A DNA stretch of 47,021 bases from a virus. Taxonomy: Duplodnaviria > Caudoviricetes. Location: IMG/VR virus record IMGVR_UViG_3300037991_003683, positions 1 to 47,021 of that record; one strand, written 5' to 3'. The translations under genes were made by a program, and so were the position numbers. The stretch's first letter is position 1. The number at the start of each line of letters is the position of its first letter. The notes beneath the pieces were generated by a model. It was not told where the DNA came from and searched no databases. It saw only the letters and a list, made by a program, of their open reading frames with translations. Shown here one piece after another: positions 28,242 to 38,813 of the stretch.

Positions 28242-29066
28242 TTAATTTAATCTTTTTTCAATATTGGAGTAAATCTCCATTCCTTCGTCAGTTTTAAACC
28301 AAGCGGCTAAAGCTGAATAAGGATGTTCGTCAAACGGAACATTCATCAGTTTTCTATCATTAGAACCCCATGAAAAAGTTCTTTGATCTTGAGATAGTTT
28401 TAATATACCCATTTCAGTTGCTCTAATACCAAAGTTTCTTAACATTACGTTTTCATCATTAACTAAGTCTAAGAATAAACTAGGGTTTCTTTTAGCGTAT
28501 AATAATAAATCTCTTTTAAGTTCCTTAGAACTCATCTCTGACACCTTAGAACCCAACTCTACACGCATAACCGCTTCAGCCATATCTATATCTATAGATT
28601 GAGCAGCATTTAACGCTTCTATTTCTAGTTCTAAAATATCAACTTCAGTAGCAGCTTCTGTTTGATAATCTTTTTCATCAAATCTTCTACCTTTGTCTGG
28701 GTGATAAAGTGATAGTATTTTTTGTAAAATTACTTTATTTTTAGGAACGTATAAAGTACCATTTCTAAATATAACATGCTCTAGTCTTTGATCTCCTACC
28801 ATTTCATCAACAAAAGGAGTTCTTTGATTTGAAGTAATTTTTATTTCTCTTTCGTACCCTTTTTCTTCGTCAAACCAATATATGTTTGATGACTTGATAC
28901 TGTAACTTAAAGGTGATAAATTACCTCTTAAATAATATTGTCTATCTTTTATTTCCCAAGTGTCTTTTTTTGGAGTTGGTAAAGGTTTTTCTTTAACAAC
29001 TACCTTTTCTACAACTGGTGCAGTTTCTACTACTTCTTCTTTTTTTGTTTCTTTTTTCTTTGCCAT
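28242..29066 (-). CDS. conserved phage protein following the major capsid gene
   Basis: 274-aa ORF; function not recognisable. Confidence 0.7.
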   Translation of the reverse strand: MAKKKETKKEEVVETAPVVEKVVVKEKPLPTPKKDTWEIKDRQYYLRGNLSPLSYSIKSSNIYWFDEEKGYEREIKITSNQRTPFVDEMVGDQRLEHVIFRNGTLYVPKNKVILQKILSLYHPDKGRRFDEKDYQTEAATEVDILELEIEALNAAQSIDIDMAEAVMRVELGSKVSEMSSKELKRDLLLYAKRNPSLFLDLVNDENVMLRNFGIRATEMGILKLSQDQRTFSWGSNDRKLMNVPFDEHPYSALAAWFKTDEGMEIYSNIEKRLN

Positions 29067-29090
29067 AATATAATATATAATAAAATTAAT

Positions 29091-29125
29091 AAAATAAAAG
29101 GCCGAGGCCGAAGCCCCGGTCTTTT
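29091..29125 (-). terminator. rho-independent terminator after the major capsid gene
   Basis: Minus strand AAAAGACCGGGGC-TTCG-GCCTCGGCCTTTTATTTT: GC stem, UUCG loop, U-tract. Confidence 0.85.
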
Positions 29126-29138
29126 AATATGATAATGC

Positions 29139-30605
29139 TTAGTTCATTAACATGAAATTGTTAGCACCTTGTACTACTAAACATCTTTCAGATAAGTAAT
29201 GTACGTTCATAGAGTCTATATCAGTTGTAACGTTTCCTCCAACTGAACCAGTAATCCATGTCTTCATTCTTCTGCTTTCTGTTTGACCTTCTCTATATCT
29301 AACGTGTAAGAAAGGACGTTTAAGGTTCTTTCCTAATTGTTGATCATAAACTGAAGATACACCTGCTGGTATAATAACACCTCTAATAGCGCTAGAAGCC
29401 TCAACAGCGCCACCTCTTGTAGCTTTGTCGTTTAAGTATTTCCAGTCAGACTTGTAGAAGTCGTAAGAACCTCTTCTGAAACCAGAGAAACCTAAGTTAA
29501 GAGCCATATCTTCAGAGTTGTCAAATACTCCGTAAGAAGTACCACCAGCTCCATAAGAATTCATAGAAGCTAACATGTCATCTATCGCTAAACTAGTAGC
29601 TCTATTTACAAACATCATGTTTTCTTCAATAGCACCTTGCTTATCAAACTCAGCTAAGATAGCATCAAATTCAGCTAAATCAGTAGCAGCGTTAACACCT
29701 GTAACACCTGAAGTCATATTACCTCTATCTTCGATAGCAGCAAATAAACCTTCAGTACCAGGATCAGTATTAGCTATAACACCAGAACCTCCATCATATA
29801 CTGAATCATCGTGAATAGTAGAAGCCGCTAATGCTTTAACAGACTCAACCATTGACATTTCAATATAATCAGCGAAACGAGATCTAGTATCACCTTCTGC
29901 TTTTAAGTACCATAAGTAACCTGATTGACCGTCTTCACCTGAAATTTCAACCCAACCAATTTGAGAAGTATCAGATCCATTGATTTGATAAAAATCTTTT
30001 AATATAATTGGTTTGTTAGTGAAACTTTTGTGAACAGGCTCATTAGATGAAGTTTGACCAGCTGTACCTTTCGCAAATTCAGATCCATATACCATTACAG
30101 TACAAGAACCATCAGTAAGAGATCCAGCAGCAGCATCAGACATAAGAGCTGCTTTATAAGGTAAAGCTACAATAGTAGCAGCACCAGCTGTTCTAGTTTT
30201 AACGTAACACTGTGTAGTTGCACCATCACGAGAGCTAGATACTAATATAGTATCACCAACTCTAATACCGTGACCAGCACCTCCAGTATTACCATCTAAA
30301 TCAGTACCGATAGTAATTTGATTTGCAGATACATCTAATGTACCATTGTAACTTAAGTGTAATCTTCCTTGTTCTGACCAGATTACTTGGTCTGATGTCA
30401 TACCTTCTTCTGCTCCAACTTGTGATAAGAAACCAGAAATAGTTCTGTTACCGAACACTTCAGCTTCTTTCTCCATTAGATCAGGTAGGTATTGTTGTGC
30501 CCAACCTGCTGTACCAGATGCTGTAAAGTCAATATAGTTATTAACTAAAGTCATCTGAGTAGAAGTTGCAACACTGTTTAAATTTCCTCCTGCAGTAATT
30601 GCCAT
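29139..30605 (-). CDS. major capsid protein
   Basis: 488 aa after portal and scaffold and followed by a strong terminator; QQYLPDL..E...GNRT and WSEQGRLH pattern. Confidence 0.75.
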   Translation of the reverse strand: MAITAGGNLNSVATSTQMTLVNNYIDFTASGTAGWAQQYLPDLMEKEAEVFGNRTISGFLSQVGAEEGMTSDQVIWSEQGRLHLSYNGTLDVSANQITIGTDLDGNTGGAGHGIRVGDTILVSSSRDGATTQCYVKTRTAGAATIVALPYKAALMSDAAAGSLTDGSCTVMVYGSEFAKGTAGQTSSNEPVHKSFTNKPIILKDFYQINGSDTSQIGWVEISGEDGQSGYLWYLKAEGDTRSRFADYIEMSMVESVKALAASTIHDDSVYDGGSGVIANTDPGTEGLFAAIEDRGNMTSGVTGVNAATDLAEFDAILAEFDKQGAIEENMMFVNRATSLAIDDMLASMNSYGAGGTSYGVFDNSEDMALNLGFSGFRRGSYDFYKSDWKYLNDKATRGGAVEASSAIRGVIIPAGVSSVYDQQLGKNLKRPFLHVRYREGQTESRRMKTWITGSVGGNVTTDIDSMNVHYLSERCLVVQGANNFMLMN

Positions 30606-30624
30606 TTTTAAATTGTTTTAATTG

Positions 30625-31803
30625 TTATTTATTTTTGTTTTTAATTTTAAACTTAAAATCATTAGCGTTATTACCTAACACTCTTACTTTTATACCTCCA
30701 GCTTCAACCGTACCATGACTTTGTCTTGGGTTCATATTAACGTTTTTAGCTTTAGCAACGCTTTCTTTCATAGCGTCTGCTTTTCCTTGTTCATAAAAGT
30801 GTTTTGCAACAGCATCTGCATTCATAGCTGTGTATAAAGACTTATGATAACCTCTAGCATCTTTTAAAGCCATTCTTTTATCCAAAAACTTTTTGGTAAA
30901 GTTGCTTAAATCACTTTGAGTATTTTTAATCTCTTCAGCATTGTTTACATTAAACCTGTACTTTTTATCACCAACATTGTATTCAAAACCTTTGAACGTG
31001 TCGTTAAAAACTTCATTAGTTTTTTGTGTAAAAATTTCAGTGTTTGTTTTAGCTGCTTTTTTAGTAGCTTCTGATTCCTTGTTATATCTATTAAAAAAAT
31101 CTATAGCTTTTTGTTGTTCAGATGTTAGCTTTGAACCAGCTTTGATTTCTTCATAGTATTTAGACTTTTGCCCGTCTAGGTGGCTTTTAGCGTTGGCAAC
31201 TTGCTCTTTTAACGCTAATTTTTTTCTTTTTATATCTCTATCATCTTCAACATCTTCATCGTAAGAGAACTGATCTTCCAAAAGGAAGTTAATTTCTTCG
31301 TTATCTAAATGAGGTTTTGTTTGCTTGTAATATTCGCGTAATAAACTTTCATCATCTAACTTTGAATAATCTTGATTAAGTCGAATATAATCATTTAAAT
31401 CACCGCCAGTATCTTCCATAAAGTCTACTAGCTTTTGTATATTTTCAGGTAATGGTTTTCCAGTTGCCTCCGCACCTGCAATAACCTCTTCAACTTTTTC
31501 TTTAACTTCATCCGCCTCTTCTTCCGTAACCTCTTCTAAAACTGGTGCTTCTTGTGTTTCTGCTTCCGGTTGTATTTCTTCTTGTTTTTCTGTGGGCTCG
31601 GCATCTTTAGACTCTGCAACCACTCCGTCGTTGTCAGCGTTATCTTCTTTAGTTTCATCTTTTTCTTCTTTTGGTTTTGGCGGTTTGCTTAAATCTACTT
31701 TTACAACGTTTTCATCATCAGCAGATTTAAACTTAGTTTCCTCAACTTTTTCAGTTGTTTCTTGTGTAGTTTCTTCAACTACTTTTTCATTTTCTTCTTC
31801 CAT
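30625..31803 (-). CDS. capsid scaffolding protein (putative)
   Basis: 392 aa with an acidic low-complexity N-terminus and helical C-half, lying between portal and capsid genes. Confidence 0.65.
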   Translation of the reverse strand: MEEENEKVVEETTQETTEKVEETKFKSADDENVVKVDLSKPPKPKEEKDETKEDNADNDGVVAESKDAEPTEKQEEIQPEAETQEAPVLEEVTEEEADEVKEKVEEVIAGAEATGKPLPENIQKLVDFMEDTGGDLNDYIRLNQDYSKLDDESLLREYYKQTKPHLDNEEINFLLEDQFSYDEDVEDDRDIKRKKLALKEQVANAKSHLDGQKSKYYEEIKAGSKLTSEQQKAIDFFNRYNKESEATKKAAKTNTEIFTQKTNEVFNDTFKGFEYNVGDKKYRFNVNNAEEIKNTQSDLSNFTKKFLDKRMALKDARGYHKSLYTAMNADAVAKHFYEQGKADAMKESVAKAKNVNMNPRQSHGTVEAGGIKVRVLGNNANDFKFKIKNKNK

Positions 31804-31829
31804 AATATAATATAATAATAATTAATAAT

Positions 31830-34250
31830 TTATCTAGGGTCAAACACGCCTAAATCAAATCCTCCACCTAGTATATCATTACCTGCAGATTCAAAGTTTT
31901 TAGGTGGTTTTCCACTGTTTCTTTGGTCTATAAGCTCGCTTTGCTGCGTAGCTTGTATTCTTGTTCTCTCGTCTTTACGGTCTTCTTTTTCTTTTTCTTT
32001 TGTTTTTTGCCCTTCAACCTCAATACCTTTAAGCTGCATATTATATTGAAACTCTAATCCCATTAACTCTTTTTTCATCTCAACCTCTTGCGCCATTCTT
32101 TGAGCTTCTAGTTGAGCTTTTACTTGTTCTAATTGTATTTGGTTTTGAGTTAACACTTGGCTTTTTTGAGCTTCAGACTGCGCTTTAGCTTGAGCAGCTT
32201 GTTGATTAGCTTGAGACTGCATTTGAATATTTTCTTTTTGAAGAGCTTGATCTCTATCTAACTTCTTTTTTCTACGTATTTTTAAAAGTTGATTTGCTAA
32301 CTTAACGTTTTTAATTTCTCTTATATCAATAGCATCAGCTAATTCAATAATTTGTTGCTGCAATGCCATTTGAATATTATTTTCTAGCATCATTCTCTCT
32401 TCTTCATCTGGCTGTAACTCTATAAAAATACCAAAGTCATATAAGTGTAAGCTTTTTAGTTCTTCTAACACAGATGCGTTATGAACACCTATTGCTTGTA
32501 TAAAAGCGTCTTTTGTTGGAGAGTACTCTATAATATCAGATATTCTAAGCGATAAACACTCTGCAATTTCAGCGGTTAAAAATAATCCCGATTGTAATAT
32601 ATGTCTGGTAGCCGTGTTTGAGTTTGCCGCCGCTAACTTTTGAACACCAACTAAAGCGTTTTTATCTGGCATACTACCATCTCTAGCTTCGTTAAGTCCG
32701 GTTACATCTCTTATCATTTGTAAATAATAATTATAATTACCAATAAGAGCTTGCATTTTATTACCACCAGATCCAGATGTAATTTCTTGTATAGGTACTT
32801 TACCAGGATTCATATCACCCTCACTTGTAAACGATCTACCAATAACACTACCAGTTTGGAAGAACATGTTTAAAGCTTCTTGTGGATTATAGTTTGTTCC
32901 ATTACCTAAATCTACTTCAGCTAAACCATCAGCGTCTAAATAAACACCATCTGGAACCATACGTGATAATACCTGTTGAAGCTTTAAGTGTGTTAGCTGT
33001 ATCATATCAGCAAAACCAGTTATACGTTTAACTAACGAATCTATTTTACCTTCATACATTCTAGGCGCTACAATAGCATAGTTCATTTTTACTTTTGTAA
33101 AATCACTTTTAGGACGCATCATATTCTTTGCCATTTCCCACCTAAGTAATTTATCTGTACCAAGAATCATAGCTCCATCATATAAAACCTCTATTGATCT
33201 TAGTAATCTTGAGTAACCACCTTCTTTGTTTTCTGGTGGATTAAAAGAATCATCTTTAGGTATTATTTTATCAGCACCAGTAGCGGTTTCTTTTATTTTG
33301 TAAACTTCATTCATATAAGTTTTATAGTTAAAATATAAAACTTGAATGGTATTAGTATCTTCTTTATCGTAAGTATGTCTTGAATTATAATTAGATCTAT
33401 GAATATGTTTGTTTTTCATTATATCTTCAAGATCAGCTTCTGTTAAATGAGGAAACTCTTTTGCTAATTCGTTAACGGGTATAGTTTTTACCTCACCAAC
33501 ATAATATATATCTTCAAAATAAGGTGAATCTGTATATGAGTAAACTAAGTTAGCTGGATCAACATAATCTACAACAACACCTTGTGATGTGTTGAAAGAT
33601 GTTTTTACAGCACCAATACCTAAAACAGTTAAATCATAATAAAAACGTTTTTTTGTAAGTTCATATCTATTGCCTTCTAACAAAGTATTAATAGCTTGTT
33701 CCTCTGCTATTTCAATAGACTGCTTGTACGTTAATTGCATGTGTAGCTCTAACTCCTCGTTAGTTTCTGGTAATTCTTCTACTTGGCTTTTCCTAACATT
33801 TAAGTTTAACTCTCTTTTTACAGCTTCGTTAAACTCTTTTAACCTCATATCTTTTAATATGTCTTCCATATACTCAGTCCTTTTACTAACACCATGCGGA
33901 TCTTGAGAATATGCTTTTATATCATAAGTTCTTTCTGAAATACCATTTACAACTATATCGACAAACTTAGGTATAATTGGAACTGGTTTCCAGTCTAAAT
34001 TTAAATAGGACAAATCACCGTTTATAGATAACTCATCCTTATATTTTTGTATAGACTGTTCGCCTCTAGCGTACAGCCTTAATTTATGAAAATCATTGTG
34101 GTTTGCTCTATATCTATTAGAAGCTCTATCTTCATAAAACCATTCTTGCTCTATTGCTTTACCTACTTTCAAACCATAATCGTAGCTTAACTTTTCAGCA
34201 TCACTTACTGTTTGACTCGGGAAATAACTTTTAATGCCAGACTCTGCCAT
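31830..34250 (-). CDS. portal protein
   Basis: 806 aa directly after the terminase, with a Q-rich coiled-coil C-terminal barrel typical of podovirus portals. Confidence 0.8.
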   Translation of the reverse strand: MAESGIKSYFPSQTVSDAEKLSYDYGLKVGKAIEQEWFYEDRASNRYRANHNDFHKLRLYARGEQSIQKYKDELSINGDLSYLNLDWKPVPIIPKFVDIVVNGISERTYDIKAYSQDPHGVSKRTEYMEDILKDMRLKEFNEAVKRELNLNVRKSQVEELPETNEELELHMQLTYKQSIEIAEEQAINTLLEGNRYELTKKRFYYDLTVLGIGAVKTSFNTSQGVVVDYVDPANLVYSYTDSPYFEDIYYVGEVKTIPVNELAKEFPHLTEADLEDIMKNKHIHRSNYNSRHTYDKEDTNTIQVLYFNYKTYMNEVYKIKETATGADKIIPKDDSFNPPENKEGGYSRLLRSIEVLYDGAMILGTDKLLRWEMAKNMMRPKSDFTKVKMNYAIVAPRMYEGKIDSLVKRITGFADMIQLTHLKLQQVLSRMVPDGVYLDADGLAEVDLGNGTNYNPQEALNMFFQTGSVIGRSFTSEGDMNPGKVPIQEITSGSGGNKMQALIGNYNYYLQMIRDVTGLNEARDGSMPDKNALVGVQKLAAANSNTATRHILQSGLFLTAEIAECLSLRISDIIEYSPTKDAFIQAIGVHNASVLEELKSLHLYDFGIFIELQPDEEERMMLENNIQMALQQQIIELADAIDIREIKNVKLANQLLKIRRKKKLDRDQALQKENIQMQSQANQQAAQAKAQSEAQKSQVLTQNQIQLEQVKAQLEAQRMAQEVEMKKELMGLEFQYNMQLKGIEVEGQKTKEKEKEDRKDERTRIQATQQSELIDQRNSGKPPKNFESAGNDILGGGFDLGVFDPR

Positions 34251-34255
34251 ATTTA

Positions 34256-36469
34256 TTATTTGATTATTTGTGAATTTGTTCCAGTATTACTATACTTAGA
34301 AATGTTTAAATTTAGTTTAGGTTTTTCAACCTTTGCGTTAGGTCTATATAAGTGTCTATTGTTTGCCATTATAGCTAAACCAGAACTTATTGACGCATCA
34401 TGCTTTGTTCTTTTTGTTATATCAAATCTACTCCAATCGTTTAATAATTCGTTAAAATATAAATTACCAAACGTTCCATCTTGCTTCATACCAACGTGAT
34501 CTTGTATGTACATTTCAATTGCCGCAGCGTGAGCTTGTTTTATATCTTCTGAAGAGTTAGGTATACCTCCTACTTCTTTCTCTGCAACAGATAATTTGTT
34601 CCATACCTTATCAGGCCTATTCATACTAAAACCCCTATATCCTCTTCTTCTTAAGTAGTACAATAATCTAGGTTTATTGTTCTCTGCTAATATTGGCATA
34701 CCATAAAATACTAATGCCATTAATACATCTTCAAAAAATATCTCAGCTGTAGGTGGTCTTGATAAGTACTCTAAAAAGAAACTGTTTGCGGGAGCATCTT
34801 CCATGCTAAACCTTGTTAGACCGTGTAGTGCTCCTTTCGAACCTACTCCATCTACAGTTCCTGATATATCATAAGAGTCACAACCAAACGCTCCCATGTG
34901 TTCATTGCCAGGGTATTTTATTCCGTTTTTTAAAACCACTCTATTTTGCAGTTGTTGAGGTGGTACCCAACTAACTTTAAATCTACCTTTTTTATCAGGA
35001 TAAAATATAACCTGTGAATCTTTTATACCGTTAACCCATTGAAAGTTACCTGTTGTAATTCCTAGAGTTCTAGCCATCTCTTCGTTGTAATCTATTTGCT
35101 CGTATATTTTAATAAGATTAAAAATACTATTTTTAGTCTCATCTCTAAACGCATGCTCTGTAGTTCTTGGAAACTGTCTATAAAACTCGTTTAAAGCATC
35201 TTGATCGTCTTTTAAACCATCAGCTTCATTTTGCCAGTTATCTATTACACCTATATCTATTAGTTCGCCATCTGGGGCAAGCACATTGCTGTCAGGAGTA
35301 GTGAATACTGGAAATCCGTACTCGTCAATAAATCCTTCGTAGTTCCATTCCATTGGGATAAACAAAGAGTATAAACCAGACTTTGTCTGACCATTTCTAT
35401 TTCTTTTAGTGACATCTGATGCATTGTATAATTTTTTAAAGTTTTCTCCACCTTTATCTAAAGCATTTGAGGTTGAGCCCATCATACATTTACCTATAAT
35501 TCTACTACCTAATCGTAAACATGTTTTTGTAACTCTCCAGTTATTTAAAATATTATCGGGTTTTTCCCATTTACCAGATTCATCATGAACTAGTAAAGCT
35601 AATTTTTCACCATCATAACTATTGTCTCCAGTATTTTTCCAGTCAATCGTTGTATCTAAACCTTTAATGTCTTCAAGTTTTTCGTTTGAAGTAATTTTTT
35701 TTCTTGTAAACTTACTAGCAGGCACTCTATACGCTAACTCCGATTTAGGACGATCCATACCATCTTGTATTGGCTTGAAGAAAAATGGATAATTAATACT
35801 AATAGGTACAACTTTATCTGTAAACATTTTTTTAGCATCAGCACCTGTTTTAGAAAGTATACCAAACCTACTATCACTTGCAAGCGTGGCTAAATTAACT
35901 GTTTCAGCACTACTCATAAAAGAAAAACCAGAACGTCTGTTTTTCAAGTAACACATCCCATAACATCTTTTATCAGCTTTACAAGCTTCCCAGAATATAT
36001 AAAATAATCTGTTTGCTTCTCTAAAGTCAGGCGCGCCTACATCTATTTTACTCCATTGTAGATACATATAATGCGTACCAGTTATCCAGGTTGGATTACC
36101 ATTATTAGTAAACCAAAAACCTTCTTCTCGTCGCTTGAACTCTTGGTCTATATAATCGTACCATTTTTCTTTACTGCTTTCCGGATAACTTCTCCAATCA
36201 AATATATTTTTTAAACGAGAGAGTTCTTTAGGTTGCTCGAATCTTACCCATTTATTATCGGCATGCTTATATATTTGTTTAGGAGCTTTTGGTAGCGCAA
36301 TAACTAGCCCTTGTATTTCTATTATCTCATCTATTTGTCCTGTTCTAGATATTACAACAATATCATGTTCTTTATCGTAACCGTATTTCCATTTTTTACC
36401 TTTGTTAAGACGACTAATAGTTGTTTTCTTAACAGGCTCAACTGTTTTAACTAAACTTTGCTCGTACAT
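34256..36469 (-). CDS. terL: terminase large subunit
   Basis: Walker A-like LKNRRSGFS, Walker B LLVHDESGKW, coupling motif MGST, and RNase H-like nuclease residues (GCDSYD...AENN...HDAS). Confidence 0.9.
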   Translation of the reverse strand: MYEQSLVKTVEPVKKTTISRLNKGKKWKYGYDKEHDIVVISRTGQIDEIIEIQGLVIALPKAPKQIYKHADNKWVRFEQPKELSRLKNIFDWRSYPESSKEKWYDYIDQEFKRREEGFWFTNNGNPTWITGTHYMYLQWSKIDVGAPDFREANRLFYIFWEACKADKRCYGMCYLKNRRSGFSFMSSAETVNLATLASDSRFGILSKTGADAKKMFTDKVVPISINYPFFFKPIQDGMDRPKSELAYRVPASKFTRKKITSNEKLEDIKGLDTTIDWKNTGDNSYDGEKLALLVHDESGKWEKPDNILNNWRVTKTCLRLGSRIIGKCMMGSTSNALDKGGENFKKLYNASDVTKRNRNGQTKSGLYSLFIPMEWNYEGFIDEYGFPVFTTPDSNVLAPDGELIDIGVIDNWQNEADGLKDDQDALNEFYRQFPRTTEHAFRDETKNSIFNLIKIYEQIDYNEEMARTLGITTGNFQWVNGIKDSQVIFYPDKKGRFKVSWVPPQQLQNRVVLKNGIKYPGNEHMGAFGCDSYDISGTVDGVGSKGALHGLTRFSMEDAPANSFFLEYLSRPPTAEIFFEDVLMALVFYGMPILAENNKPRLLYYLRRRGYRGFSMNRPDKVWNKLSVAEKEVGGIPNSSEDIKQAHAAAIEMYIQDHVGMKQDGTFGNLYFNELLNDWSRFDITKRTKHDASISSGLAIMANNRHLYRPNAKVEKPKLNLNISKYSNTGTNSQIIK

Positions 36470-36744
36470 TACTTAGATCTACTTTCTGCGAATCCTTTAA
36501 AAGTTTTTTCCTTTGCCTCTTCAGGTGCTTTGCCCTCGAGTATGTTTTCTTCTTCTTGAATTCTGTTAAGTATTTCAAATGCGTCAAATATAGCTAGTTT
36601 TTTAGTAGCTGCGGCGTTTTTTAATCTATCAGCTGATATATCATCGTCTGAATCAACAATAGCTTCTTTAGCTACTTTAATTAACTCTTCAACTGCTTTG
36701 TGCCCAGCTTGGATTATATTCTTCTTCGTTTCCTTGATATTCAT
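36469..36744 (-). CDS. putative terminase small subunit
   Basis: ATG at 36744 (91 aa) is preferred over 36792. Helical protein whose stop overlaps the terL start. Function inferred from position only. Confidence 0.45.
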   Translation of the reverse strand: MNIKETKKNIIQAGHKAVEELIKVAKEAIVDSDDDISADRLKNAAATKKLAIFDAFEILNRIQEEENILEGKAPEEAKEKTFKGFAESRSK

Positions 36745-37279
36745 ATTTAATTGTAATAAAATTAGATAAAACTCTAAATAGTCTTTCACCATCTACTATA
36801 AACTCATATTCACTGTTCGGTCTAAAGCCAACTAAATCACCAACTTTAACCGTACCGTCAGAATACTTAACTATACCTTGCAAAGGTTTTTCAGATTCAG
36901 TATTAAACTTATCTGTAGCTTTTAAAGGTGTTACAAAACAATATCCTTTTGGTGTTATCCACTTATTTTTTCTTTTGTATAAAAATATTTGATCATTATT
37001 TATAAGATAAGTATTTTCATCAAAATAAGCTTTACTATTTTTTTCTACACCTTTTACGTTGTGCCATCTGCGAAAAACATTATGATGCACTATAACGGTA
37101 TCTCCTGGCTTTATATCTGTATTGCCAATAATTGGAGTTGATATAACTTCTGCTTCTCTATTAACAAACTGATGATTATATATCTCTGTATTGAGAATTA
37201 ACTCTCCACCATCTAGCTTTTTAGTATTATTATATCTTTCTCCTTTTGGCTTTACAACAAAGTTGTAAACGCTTTTCAT
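36689..37279 (-). CDS. tandem GroES-like (Cpn10-fold) protein
   Basis: Two GroES-like halves: NFVVKP...GELIL...AEVISTP...IKPGDTVIV and GYCFVTP...GIVKY...VKVGDLVGF...EFIVDGERLFRV. Confidence 0.6.
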   Translation of the reverse strand: MKSVYNFVVKPKGERYNNTKKLDGGELILNTEIYNHQFVNREAEVISTPIIGNTDIKPGDTVIVHHNVFRRWHNVKGVEKNSKAYFDENTYLINNDQIFLYKRKNKWITPKGYCFVTPLKATDKFNTESEKPLQGIVKYSDGTVKVGDLVGFRPNSEYEFIVDGERLFRVLSNFITIKYEYQGNEEEYNPSWAQSS

Positions 37280-37500
37280 TAGTATTGTAAGTTATATTCT
37301 ACTGAAACAGCCATATTTTTGTTAAAGTCTTTCCAAGGTAATACATCTTTGTTTTTTTTAATGTAAATAGAATATTTATCTTGCTCTTCTATAATATCAC
37401 AAATAACATGACCACCATAAACATCTTGCCCTACAGCATAGTGCATAGCGTCGTTTTTATAGTCTTTACCTATACTTATTTTACGAATTAACTTTGACAT
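37279..37500 (-). CDS. hypothetical protein
   Basis: 73 aa, overlapping both neighbours. Confidence 0.7.
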   Translation of the reverse strand: MSKLIRKISIGKDYKNDAMHYAVGQDVYGGHVICDIIEEQDKYSIYIKKNKDVLPWKDFNKNMAVSVEYNLQY

Positions 37501-37771
37501 CTTCTTTGTAGTTTATTGTACCATCATTAATATTAATATCAAAAGTACCGTACTCTTTGTCAAACTCAGTTTGTAATGAAGTAAGATTATCTCTTAGACC
37601 GGCTATACTGTGCATTAGCTCGTGTTTTTTTACCTCCATAGAACCAATTTCTAATTGTGCTCTATTTATACTGTTAACTGTGTTTTGAACTTTTTCTAAT
37701 TGTTCTGCAGTTATTTTTTCAGGCTTAATACCTTTAAGTTGTTTTATTTTTTTACTTGTGTTTTTTGCCAT
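37481..37771 (-). CDS. small coiled-coil protein
   Basis: 96 aa heptad pattern ending EYGTFDININDGTI. Confidence 0.7.
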   Translation of the reverse strand: MAKNTSKKIKQLKGIKPEKITAEQLEKVQNTVNSINRAQLEIGSMEVKKHELMHSIAGLRDNLTSLQTEFDKEYGTFDININDGTINYKEDVKVNS

Positions 37772-37781
37772 TTTATTTAAT

Positions 37782-38474
37782 TTAAATACTGTTTATATCT
37801 CTTAATCTTTTTAGTAATCTATCTCTTAACTTCAAATCTGAAGTTCCTTTAAATATAGTTATTTCTTTCACTGTACCTTTGTAAGCGTTTTGATCTGTTC
37901 TTCTAACACCAATAGCGTTAATATCAAAAGTTCCAGCAACACTTTTAGCGCTATCTTGAAGTAAACCGTCTTTATACACATAAAGGTCATCACTACCGTC
38001 TCTTAACAAAACCCAATAAGCCGCGTCTTTAGTGTCATGACCGGCTTCTAGTGTATAATCAACGTTTCCAGAGCTATCATTTTTAACCCTAAACAAAGAA
38101 GCTGTTTGAAGCTTTACAAACTCATTGGGAACTGAATTAGAGCCTATTACTATAACATTATGTACAACTGGGTCAATAACAAAACCAACTATAAATTCAC
38201 CATCTAATTCTATAGAACTACTAGATTGTAAGTTTTCTGTATCTGTAGTAGGATCGAAAGTTAATATTCCATTTTCAAAATCTGGTTGTTCACCAGTATC
38301 GCTCTGTGCCATGTCAAAACTATTAGACGAACTATCTGCCCATTGAGAAACTTTAGAACCATTTAAAGTAATACCTTTGTTATAACGATACCAAGCCTCT
38401 AAAGTAGATTCATCAGATGGAAGCCATCCACCTGGATAGGTATTAGCACATATACCAGTTCCTAATCCTAACAT
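37782..38474 (-). CDS. LamG/concanavalin A-like structural protein
   Basis: MLGLG N-terminus, AWY...VSQWADSS, and LYVYKDG...INAIG...YKGTVKEITIF pattern. Confidence 0.65.
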   Translation of the reverse strand: MLGLGTGICANTYPGGWLPSDESTLEAWYRYNKGITLNGSKVSQWADSSSNSFDMAQSDTGEQPDFENGILTFDPTTDTENLQSSSSIELDGEFIVGFVIDPVVHNVIVIGSNSVPNEFVKLQTASLFRVKNDSSGNVDYTLEAGHDTKDAAYWVLLRDGSDDLYVYKDGLLQDSAKSVAGTFDINAIGVRRTDQNAYKGTVKEITIFKGTSDLKLRDRLLKRLRDINSI

Positions 38475-38809
38475 TAGTATCCGAAGTAAAAGATTACACC
38501 GCCAGTTGTTGAAGCAGCTGGTGTAAAACTAGACCATCTACCGTATATTGTTAATCCTTTTGGAAAAGAAGTACCAGAGTCTGTTTCAGCAGCACCACCA
38601 CCATTGTTAGCTACAGCTGTAGTATGACTAAAATAAGCTGTGTCAGGTGTATCTGTAGCTGCAACTAGAGTAGAGAGCGCTGTGTCTTCTAAAAACGTAA
38701 TAGCTACTATAACTTTACCCGTTGGAGGCGTAACCTCTACAGCTTCATCACTAAAACCACTACCTAATTGCCCAAAAGCATAAGCTGTTTCTGTTGAATT
38801 TAATCCCAT
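38474..38809 (-). CDS. small beta-rich structural protein
   Basis: 111 aa (FPKGLTIYGRWSSF...VIFYFG). Confidence 0.6.
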   Translation of the reverse strand: MGLNSTETAYAFGQLGSGFSDEAVEVTPPTGKVIVAITFLEDTALSTLVAATDTPDTAYFSHTTAVANNGGGAAETDSGTSFPKGLTIYGRWSSFTPAASTTGGVIFYFGY

Positions 38810-38813
38810 AATT

